From an uncultured Schwartzia sp. (lineage in GTDB: Bacteria > Bacillota > Negativicutes > Selenomonadales > Selenomonadaceae), in contig CAJPQU010000001.1 of NCBI GenBank assembly GCA_905372875.1, positions 1-41,686 of the forward strand: a DNA stretch of 41,686 nucleotides, in the 5' to 3' direction. This document shows positions 25,040-32,048 of the stretch, in pieces. Below the pieces are notes generated by a model, which ran no database searches, had not been told where the DNA came from, and worked only from the letters and a program-made list of their open reading frames with translations. A program made the position numbers and the translations under genes. The stretch's first letter is position 1; the number at the start of each line of letters is the position of its first letter.

Positions 25040-25337
25040 TTTTTCCTCGAGACGCGATGATGGATTGATCCACATCCTGTTCCGGACAATCCTTTTTCCC
25101 AGCAGCACCAGCGTGCACGGACCGTGCGCCGCTCCGCCTAAAGCTGCTTCCGACAGCGATATTTTCCCATGTTCCAGGGAAACGTTTCCTGCCCTTGGTA
25201 CACCCTGCCACCGCCCATTTTGCCGATGATTCCGGCGTTTCGGCCATCCGCTCCCGCAATTTTCCACGGTTCGGTTTCCCGTAAAACGACTCGTAAAAAA
25301 TCCTTTTCTTCTCCGTGCCAAATCACACAATAAAAAA

Positions 25338-25353
25338 TGTTTCACGTGAAACA
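25338..25353. promoter_or_regulatory. parS site 11 (perfect palindrome)
   Basis: TGTTTCACGTGAAACA with A/T-run flanks, 88 bp upstream of the metH ATG. Confidence 0.9.
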
Positions 25354-25440
25354 TTTTTCGTCAATCAACCAATAAAAAATAATGTATCGGCCCCTCTCTG
25401 ACCAACCCCTTCCTCATTTTATTTTAAAGGAGTCCCTATC

Positions 25441-27813
25441 ATGATCCATATTTTTGACGGTGCCACCGGAACTATGCTGCAGGCCGCCGGATTGAAAGCG
25501 GGGGAATGCCCCGAACTCGTCAACCTGGAACGTCCGGAGATGATGAAAAAAATCCACGAAGCCTACGTCGCGGCGGGATCCACCATTTTAGAAACGAATA
25601 CCTTCGGCGGCTGCGCCCTGAAATTAGAGCACTACGGCCTCGCGGGAAAGGCCCGGGACATCAACATCGCTGCCGTCCGCATCGCCAAAGAAGCCGCTGC
25701 CGGGCGGGCAGAAGTGGCCGGTTCCATGGGGCCGACGGGGCGTTTTATCACCCCTTTGGGGGACTTAGACTTTGAGGAGGCCTATCAAACCTACGCCGAG
25801 CAGGCCGCCGCCTTGGAAGAAGGGGGCGCCGACTACATCCTCATCGAAACCTCCATCGACATCCAGGAGACCCGGGCGGCGCTCCTGGCCGCCAAAGAAG
25901 CCACCAGGCTGCCTGTCATCTGCCAGCTTTCCTACAGCGAGGACGGGCGCACCGTCACCGGTACCGATCCAGAGACCGCCGCCGTCACGCTGGACGCCTT
26001 AGGGGCGGACATCATCGGGGTGAATTGCTCCTTGGGGCCGGAGCAGCTTCTTCCCATCGTCAAACTCCTCGCCCAAAATACCGCCAAGCCCATCAGCGTC
26101 CAGCCCAACGCCGGACTGCCCCAATTCGTCAACGGAAAGACCGTCTTTCCCATGGGGCCGGAGGACTTCGCCCGCTGGGTTCCAGATCTCATCGCCGCCG
26201 GGGCGACCTATCTGGGCGGCTGCTGCGGCACCACGCCGGAACACATACGAGCCATCGCCGCCGCGGCCGCTCAATGCCCCGAAGCCAAGCGGATTCCGCT
26301 TTCTCCCCGACTCCGCCTCACCAGCCGCAGCCGGACGGTAGTCATCGATCCGCAGCTGCCTCCCGTTCTCATCGGCGAGCGCATCAACCCGACAGGGCGT
26401 AAAAAATTAGCGGCAGAAATTAAAGACGGCTCCCTTCTCTCCGTCAAGAAGGAAGCCATCGCTCAAAGCCGCGCCGGGGCCGGTATCTTGGACGTCAACA
26501 TGGGCGTCGCCGGCATCGACCAAGCGGCAGCCATGAAGCGGGCCGTCATGGAAATTGCCCAGGTGACCACCACGCCCCTCGCCATCGACACCAGCGACGC
26601 CGCCGCGTTGGAAGCGGGGCTGCGGGTCTACCCCGGCCGCGCCCTCATCAATTCCGTCAGCGCCGAGCCGGAGCGCATTGACCGCTTCCTCCCGTTGGCG
26701 AAAAAATACGGCGCCGCCATCCTCTGCCTGCCCCTTACCGCCGACGGCGTTCCCCAGACGGCGCCGGAACGTCTCGCCGCTCTCTCCACCATCCTGGAGG
26801 CCGCCCGAAAAATCGGCCTCACGGACGGCGATTTCCTTCTGGACGGCCTCGTCATGACCGTCGCCGCCGAGCCGAAGGCCGCCGGGGAGACGCTGCAAAC
26901 CCTGCGCCTCTACCGCGAGCACTTCGGCTACCCCGCCACTATGGGGCTCAGCAACATCTCCTACGGCCTGCCAAACCGCCCCCTCATCAACAGCACCTTC
27001 TTCGCCATGTGCCTCGCCGCGGGACTGGACGCGCCCATCATGAACCCTTACGACGAAGAAATGCAGCGGGCCCTCACCGCCAGCGCCGCCCTCTTAGGGT
27101 ACGACCCCAACGGCCGCGCCTACGCGAAGAAAATGGCCGCACCGGAGGGCGAGAAAAAGGCCGCCGAAGCCCCATCGGCCGATCTTAACCCCATCGACGC
27201 CATCAAGGCCGCCGTCAAAGACGGGGCCAAGGAAATGATGGACGAATTGGTAACCCGGGCGGTCAAGGCAGGGATTTCCGCCAACGATATCACGGAAAAA
27301 GCCCTCACCGCCGCCATGAACGAAATCGGCGAAGGCTTCGGCGCAGGCACCATCTTTCTGCCGGAAGTACTCCTTTCTGCCGAAGCGATGAAGACCGCCT
27401 TCGATAAGCTCAGCGAACTTCTTCCCTCCGCGGAAAAGGAAAAACGCGGCACCGTCGTCTTAGCCACGGTAAAGGGCGACGTTCACGACCTGGGCAAGAA
27501 CATCGTCGGTGCGCTTTTAGCGAACAGCGGCTTTACCGTCATCGACTTAGGCAAGGACGTCCCCAGTGACGAGATCGTCCGGGCCGCGACGGAACATGAC
27601 GCCGACATCGTGGGACTCAGCGCCCTCATGACCACCACCATGATCGAAATCGATCAGGTGGTAAACGATCTCAAAGCCATCCACCACCGCGCCCACATCA
27701 TCGTCGGCGGTGCCGCGGTCACCGAGGACTACGCCCGGGAGGCCGGCGCCGACTACTACGCCCCCGACGGCGTAGCCGCCGTCCGCCTGGCCCGAAAGAT
27801 CACCGAGAAATAA
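25441..27813 (+). CDS. metH: B12-dependent methionine synthase lacking the activation domain
   Basis: 790 aa. Hcy-binding domain (GGCCGTTPEHI), pterin-binding domain (GERINPTGRK) and B12-binding domain (DVHDLGKNIV, GLSALMTTT). RBS AAAGGAG. Confidence 0.93.
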   Translation: MIHIFDGATGTMLQAAGLKAGECPELVNLERPEMMKKIHEAYVAAGSTILETNTFGGCALKLEHYGLAGKARDINIAAVRIAKEAAAGRAEVAGSMGPTGRFITPLGDLDFEEAYQTYAEQAAALEEGGADYILIETSIDIQETRAALLAAKEATRLPVICQLSYSEDGRTVTGTDPETAAVTLDALGADIIGVNCSLGPEQLLPIVKLLAQNTAKPISVQPNAGLPQFVNGKTVFPMGPEDFARWVPDLIAAGATYLGGCCGTTPEHIRAIAAAAAQCPEAKRIPLSPRLRLTSRSRTVVIDPQLPPVLIGERINPTGRKKLAAEIKDGSLLSVKKEAIAQSRAGAGILDVNMGVAGIDQAAAMKRAVMEIAQVTTTPLAIDTSDAAALEAGLRVYPGRALINSVSAEPERIDRFLPLAKKYGAAILCLPLTADGVPQTAPERLAALSTILEAARKIGLTDGDFLLDGLVMTVAAEPKAAGETLQTLRLYREHFGYPATMGLSNISYGLPNRPLINSTFFAMCLAAGLDAPIMNPYDEEMQRALTASAALLGYDPNGRAYAKKMAAPEGEKKAAEAPSADLNPIDAIKAAVKDGAKEMMDELVTRAVKAGISANDITEKALTAAMNEIGEGFGAGTIFLPEVLLSAEAMKTAFDKLSELLPSAEKEKRGTVVLATVKGDVHDLGKNIVGALLANSGFTVIDLGKDVPSDEIVRAATEHDADIVGLSALMTTTMIEIDQVVNDLKAIHHRAHIIVGGAAVTEDYAREAGADYYAPDGVAAVRLARKITEK

Positions 27814-27820
27814 CTACAGG

Positions 27821-27857
27821 AAAAGCCCGCGGAAAGAGATTCCGCGGGCTTTTCTTT
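27821..27857. terminator. Bidirectional terminator between convergent metH and yafQ-like genes
   Basis: GCCCGCGGA / TCCGCGGGC stem flanked by an A-run and TTTTCTTT. Confidence 0.8.
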
Positions 27858-27878
27858 ATCTCTGTCATCCTATTGCCT

Positions 27879-28151
27879 TCAAAATAAATCTGCGTGTGTC
27901 CCGGTGCGAAATAAAAACAGCGCCACCGCTGTTTTTTCCACGCGGTAAAAGAGCAGCCAGTCAGGTTCAATATGACACTCCCGAAACCCTTTATATTCTC
28001 CAGCGAGTGAATGATCTCGATATTTCTCCGCCAAGGGAAGCTGCTGCGCCAGCGTATTCACGACCTCTTCTAATTTGTCTAAAGGGCAGCCACGTCGTTT
28101 CGCCACGCGCAAGTCACGCTTAAAGCGATGGGACAAAACGACTTCAAGCAT
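27879..28151 (-). CDS. YafQ/RelE-family mRNA interferase toxin
   Basis: Start at M14 (MLEVVLSHRFKRDLRVAKRRG...). YRDHSLAGEYKGFRECHIEPDWLLFY and a C-terminal GTHADLF are typical of YafQ. Confidence 0.85.
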   Translation of the reverse strand: MLEVVLSHRFKRDLRVAKRRGCPLDKLEEVVNTLAQQLPLAEKYRDHSLAGEYKGFRECHIEPDWLLFYRVEKTAVALFLFRTGTHADLF

Positions 28152-28425
28152 CGGATAAAACCTCATCCGCCGCCTCGGCAAAGGAAGCATAGCGCTTATA
28201 CTTTTCGGGATGGGCTTTCATTTCTCCATATTCCGCCAGCGCCGCCTTCGTTTCCCTATTCGGCGTCAATCGCCTGACGGCGAAGGGGATCCCGTCATGA
28301 CGAACCGCACTTTTCAAAAACATGGTAACGGCCGACGACATTGTCAGTCCAAGATCGTGAAAAAGATGTTCGGCTTCCTCTTTGAGTACCGCCTCGACAC
28401 GAATATTGATATTCGCTGTAGCCAT
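28144..28425 (-). CDS. RelB/DinJ-family antitoxin
   Basis: Start at M12 (MATANINIRV...) after GGGAGG. Ribbon-helix-helix N-terminus. Overlaps the toxin start by 8 nt. Confidence 0.85.
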   Translation of the reverse strand: MATANINIRVEAVLKEEAEHLFHDLGLTMSSAVTMFLKSAVRHDGIPFAVRRLTPNRETKAALAEYGEMKAHPEKYKRYASFAEAADEVLSDA

Positions 28426-28465
28426 AAGAAAGTTCCTCCCTTCACTATTGGTTGCCATGATACCA

Positions 28466-28683
28466 TCACTAAACGCGGGCCTCGCTTCGCTTGCCTTTGT
28501 TAAGTGGCCAGGTATATATTCTCACTAAGTTCTCACTTCCCTACGGTCGTGTTCACTAAGTGTTCATATTTCACCTGGTCACTAAACGCGGGCCTCGCTT
28601 CGCTTGCCTTTGTTAAGTGACCAGGTATATATTCTCACTAAGCTCTCACTTTCCTACGGTCGTGTTCACTAAGTGTTCATATT
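28466..28683. repeat. Tandem direct repeat, 2 x 105 bp separated by 8 bp
   Basis: Copy 1 (28466-28570) and copy 2 (28579-28683) differ at 3 positions. Each copy carries TTGCCT-18 nt-TATATT, TTCTCAC-N4-TTCTCAC and TGTTCA-N5-TGTTCA. Confidence 0.9.
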
Positions 28684-28746
28684 ATATCACAAGAGATAGA
28701 ATATCGCATACAATGCCAAACAAAAGTGACCCTTGCGCTCCGTTTC

Positions 28747-28775
28747 TTGACAATGCCTCCCTGTCATGATAGTCT
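28747..28775 (+). promoter_or_regulatory. Candidate promoter of the purH-like gene
   Basis: TTGACA (28747-28752), 17 nt, then a weak -10 TAGTCT preceded by TG. This would leave a leader of about 185 nt. Confidence 0.35.
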
Positions 28776-28961
28776 GAAAATGACAGAATGTTCATAAATG
28801 ATACCATAACGATTCCATACAGGCACCGAGGCCTAGCTCTTGAGGAAGGGATCCGGTAATCTCTTCCCCGATGCCGGCACTTCCCGACAGGCCTGATCTC
28901 TCAGTGTTCTTCGCCTGTCATACCAATCAAAAATGAATCCTTACGAGAAAAGGAGCTTATC

Positions 28962-30134
28962 ATGGATACACTCGCTTTGAAATACGGCTGCAACCCCAAC
29001 CAGAAACCGGCTCGGGTGTTTATGGAAAAAGGGGCGCTGCCCTTTGCCGTGCTGAACGGAACGCCGGGCTACATCAATCTCCTGGACGCCCTGAACGCCT
29101 GGCAGCTGGTAGGGGAGCTAAAGGAAGCTACCGGGCTCCCGGCCGCCGCTTCCTTTAAACATGTCAGCCCGGCGGGCGCCGCGGTGAGTGTGCCCCTCTC
29201 GGAAACCTTACAGAAAGTCTATTTCGTCGAGGGCATCGACCTCTCTCCTGTGGCCACGGCCTACGTGCGGGCCCGAGGCGCGGACCGTATGTCCTCCTAC
29301 GGAGATTTCGTGGCCCTATCCGATGAATGCGACGCTCAGACGGCGTCCTTTTTGCAGCGGGAAGTCTCCGACGGCATCATCGCCCCCTCGTATTCAGAGG
29401 CGGCCCTGGAGATACTGAAAACGAAGCGAAAGGGGAGCTACCTCGTCCTCCAGATGGATCCGGCCTACGAGCCGAAACCCTTGGAACGAAAACAGGTCTT
29501 TGGCGTCTGGTTTGAGCAGCAGCGAAACGACGTGAAGATCACCCCCGCCTGCCTCGCCGACCGGCCCACCAAGGTCAAAGACATCCCAGAAAGCGCCCAG
29601 CGGGACCTCCTCATCGCCCTCATCACCCTGAAATACACCCAGTCCAACTCCGTCTGCTACACGAAGGACGGGCAGGCCATCGGCATCGGCGCCGGGCAGC
29701 AGTCCCGCGTCCACTGCACCCGCCTCGCCGGGGATAAAGCCGACCGCTGGTTCCTCCGCCAAAGCCCCGAGGTGCTCCGTCTTCCCTTTAAGGATACGGT
29801 GCGCCGTCCCGATCGGGACAACGCCATCGACGTGTACCTGGGCGACGAGTACGAAGATCTCCTGGCCGACGGCGCCTGGCCGCAGGTCTTTACGGAAAAG
29901 CCCCCGGTCTTCACCCGGGAAGCGAAGCAAAAATGGCTGGCCACCGCCCAAGGCGTCTCTCTCGGCTCCGACGCCTTCTTTCCCTTCGGGGACAACATCG
30001 AGCGCGCCCATAAGAGCGGCGTCGCCTACATCGCCCAGACCGGCGGCTCCATTCGGGACGACAATGTCATCGAGACCTGCGATCGCTACGGTATTGCCAT
30101 GGCTTTCACCCACATCCGCCTTTTCCATCACTGA
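28962..30134 (+). CDS. purH: AICAR formyltransferase-only (short, about 390 aa) PurH-type enzyme
   Basis: YGCNPNQ, SFKHVSPAGAA, KYTQSNSV, GAGQQSRV and LGSDAFFPF motifs of the AICARFT domain. No N-terminal MGS/IMP cyclohydrolase domain. RBS AAAGGAG. Confidence 0.88.
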   Translation: MDTLALKYGCNPNQKPARVFMEKGALPFAVLNGTPGYINLLDALNAWQLVGELKEATGLPAAASFKHVSPAGAAVSVPLSETLQKVYFVEGIDLSPVATAYVRARGADRMSSYGDFVALSDECDAQTASFLQREVSDGIIAPSYSEAALEILKTKRKGSYLVLQMDPAYEPKPLERKQVFGVWFEQQRNDVKITPACLADRPTKVKDIPESAQRDLLIALITLKYTQSNSVCYTKDGQAIGIGAGQQSRVHCTRLAGDKADRWFLRQSPEVLRLPFKDTVRRPDRDNAIDVYLGDEYEDLLADGAWPQVFTEKPPVFTREAKQKWLATAQGVSLGSDAFFPFGDNIERAHKSGVAYIAQTGGSIRDDNVIETCDRYGIAMAFTHIRLFHH

Positions 30135-30150
30135 GGACGCGGCTTTCTGA

Positions 30151-30206
30151 GTTATCCACAAAGCTATCCACAAACAGGTGTTTTTTTCCGTTTTTTTGTG
30201 GATAAC
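30151..30206. promoter_or_regulatory. Ectopic DnaA-box cluster (3 boxes)
   Basis: TTATCCACA (30152-30160), CTATCCACA (30164-30172) and the inverted TGTGGATAA (30197-30205). The outer 12-mers GTTATCCACAAA / TTTGTGGATAAC form a perfect inverted repeat. Confidence 0.7.
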
Positions 30207-30303
30207 TTCCCTCCGCTGCGCCCTCATCCTGCCGCTATTTTCGGACGCATCATCCCCCCAGGCCTGTATAGACGCCTGGGGATAATTTTTCTCCTTGCGC
30301 AGT

Positions 30304-30340
30304 AAAAAAGCCGTACCATATAAGATGGCACGGCTTTTTT
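30304..30340. terminator. Bidirectional terminator between convergent purH-like and 30346..31077 genes
   Basis: AGCCGTaCCAT / ATGGcACGGCT stem flanked by A6 and T6. Confidence 0.8.
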
Positions 30341-30345
30341 ATCGG

Positions 30346-31077
30346 TTACAACGAGATGCGCAGAACGTCCTCCAAAAAATCTGTCAGCGAAGTCGACGTG
30401 GCCTTATCTTTGGGATTGCTCATCTTCCTCATGATCCGGTTGTAGAGGGAATCCTCCACGCTCCCCGGCACCAATTCTTCCCAGGCCGCGGCGCTGTATT
30501 TCCCCGTAGCCACATCATTTTGAGGGCGTCCGGTGACTTCCAGCTCCGCCAGGAACTGAATCTGGCGCTGAGTGCGGCGCATGTAGTAATGCTCCAAATA
30601 ATAGTGTCCCATGTAGAGATCGCCAGCCGCTTCTATCGTCTCGGCCCGGGCGGCGTCGGCGATGGGGATGAGGCGGATCCAGACGTCCAGGATCTTCTCG
30701 TCGCTATAGGGCATTTTCCGCCAGCGCAGATTCTCCGAATCCATATAATACACATAGGTATCGTCCTCGTAAACGATCGTGTACTTTTGCAGCTCTTTCT
30801 TTTTGTGTTTCTTTTCCCGCTTCTCCCGCGCCTTTTGTTCCTTTTTCTCGCGCTTTTCCTGCGCTTTCCTTTCCTTTTCTTCCCGCTTCAGCTGTTCTTT
30901 TTCCTCCGGCGTCAGCGCCTTCTTATCCGCCGCGGCACCGTCCTCCTGTCGCGCGGCGGCAACTTTCGCCTCACCGGCGCCGGCCGTCGTCTCTTCTGCC
31001 GCCAACGCCTGGATAGGCAGCACCCACAGCGCCGCCGTGGCCAAAAGTCCGTACGCGATCCTTCTATATCCCTTCAT
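30346..31077 (-). CDS. Secreted hypothetical protein with a Lys/Glu-rich charged linker
   Basis: Start at M3 (MKGYRRIAY...), 9 nt after AGGAGG. Signal peptide ends in ALAAEE. KE-rich stretch (EKERKAQEKREKKEQKAREKREKK), then a globular C-terminal domain. Confidence 0.75.
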   Translation of the reverse strand: MKGYRRIAYGLLATAALWVLPIQALAAEETTAGAGEAKVAAARQEDGAAADKKALTPEEKEQLKREEKERKAQEKREKKEQKAREKREKKHKKKELQKYTIVYEDDTYVYYMDSENLRWRKMPYSDEKILDVWIRLIPIADAARAETIEAAGDLYMGHYYLEHYYMRRTQRQIQFLAELEVTGRPQNDVATGKYSAAAWEELVPGSVEDSLYNRIMRKMSNPKDKATSTSLTDFLEDVLRISL

Positions 31078-31203
31078 GTCCATGCCTCCTGCTTTTTACG
31101 CCCCTGTTCTGTTACGTAAAATATTCGCGTTCGTGAGGAAATCTCCTGTCAGGGGCAAAAATTTTCCCCAAAGACTACATCTCAGCCCCAGCGCCCCTTT
31201 TTA

Positions 31204-31935
31204 TCACGCGTCCCCGAGGGGCTTTTTCTCCGGGGTTCCAGCCTTGCGGGGATAAAGGGCGGGGGTGGGGCGCATCTTCTTCACGTAGAGGACGGCCCTC
31301 GCGTCATCGAGGCCGGGAAGACTCACCGCTTCCGTAACCGGCGGCGCGCCCCCCAAAAGATCAATGGCTTTCGCCGCGGCCGCCGCCTCTTCTTGAACCT
31401 TCGCCCCCTTCTGCGCCGCCAAAAAGCCGCCCACCTTCACGAAGGGCAGCGTGTACTCCGCTAAAACGGGCAACGGGGCCACGGCTCGGGCCACAGCCGC
31501 GTCGAAGCGTTCCCGGCAGGATTTTTGCCGCGCGGCTTCCTCCGCCCGGGCGTGAAGGGCGGTGACGCCGGTAAGACCCAGGGCGTCAATCACTTCCTCT
31601 AAAAAGCGCACCCGTTTTTGCAGCGCGTCCACCAGGGTCATGTCCAATTCCGGGTGGAGGATCTTGAGCGGCAGGCCGGGAAATCCCGCCCCTGTTCCCA
31701 CATCGACGACGCGGCGCACCTCCCCCGTAAACCAGTCCGGGCGCCATACGGAGGCTGCGTCGATGAAGTGCTTCACCGCTACTTCACGAGGCGCGGTGAG
31801 AGCGGTGAGATTCATCTTCTCGTTCCAAGCTAAGAGGAGTGCCCCGTAACGGGAAAATTGCTCCCTCTGTTTGTCCGTCAGGGAAAGACCATACGCTTCC
31901 GCTGCCTGACAAAAACTTCGTGTCAATTCGTCCAT
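31204..31935 (-). CDS. rsmG: 16S rRNA (guanine527-N7)-methyltransferase RsmG (GidB)
   Basis: 243 aa. SAM motif VVDVGTGAGFPGLPLKI. Conserved position downstream of mnmG. Confidence 0.93.
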   Translation of the reverse strand: MDELTRSFCQAAEAYGLSLTDKQREQFSRYGALLLAWNEKMNLTALTAPREVAVKHFIDAASVWRPDWFTGEVRRVVDVGTGAGFPGLPLKILHPELDMTLVDALQKRVRFLEEVIDALGLTGVTALHARAEEAARQKSCRERFDAAVARAVAPLPVLAEYTLPFVKVGGFLAAQKGAKVQEEAAAAAKAIDLLGGAPPVTEAVSLPGLDDARAVLYVKKMRPTPALYPRKAGTPEKKPLGDA

Positions 31936-32048
31936 CGTCGTTTCCTCTCCCGCCGTCTTTCGTTCCCGTCCTTGCCGAAATAAATTCCCGTCCCGGTCTT
32001 TCCCCCGACGGGAGGCAGCATGTGCCGTCCGTTCCCGCGCCCCAAAAC

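Larger units (their letters stand above)
22940..25353. repeat. Dense parS (ParB-binding centromere) array: 11 intact sites plus 1 relic
   Basis: 16-mers matching the Firmicutes parS consensus TGTTNCACGTGAAACA at 22940, 23225, 23302, 23414, 23633, 23707, 23837, 23876, 24176, 25024 and 25338. Many are extended to AAAATGTTTCACGTGAAACATTTT. Confidence 0.9.

Noticed and set aside
22956-25337. Possible homology between the spacers 22956-23224 and 25040-25337 (shared GGACAATCCTT and CCCGTAAA words).
   Set aside because: The shared words are short and not collinear, with different offsets from the flanking parS sites. I cannot distinguish this from chance without a formal alignment.
22939-25354. Many short ORFs in the track begin MFHVKH or MFHVEH on both strands (for example 22939..23121, 23301..23525, 23836..24033, 24996..25229, and the start of 24422..25354 on the minus strand).
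   Set aside because: ATGTTTCACGTGAAACAT is the parS palindrome itself, so it reads Met-Phe-His-Val-Lys-His in both directions. The downstream sequences are unrelated, low-complexity and lack RBSs. These are artefacts of the repeat, not a gene family.
28466-28683. Whether the 105-bp tandem repeat could be a CRISPR array or a minisatellite.
   Set aside because: There are only two copies, the units are far longer than CRISPR repeats, the spacer is 8 bp, and no cas genes are present. I report it as an unexplained tandem repeat instead.
28690-28961. A ZTP (pfl), purine or THF riboswitch upstream of the purH-like gene.
   Set aside because: I could not find the conserved cores by eye: ACUGGCG ... 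CCGCCUGGGC for ZTP, and the UAUAAU...GUUUCUACC...CCGUAAA pattern for purine. A covariance-model scan would be needed to exclude them fully.
30780-30900. Repetitive T/C-rich DNA (ttttcc / cttttc runs) that looks like a simple-sequence repeat.
   Set aside because: It is the antisense of the Lys/Glu-rich coding segment (EKERKAQEKREKKEQK...) of the minus-strand secreted protein. This is protein low complexity, not a non-coding repeat element.
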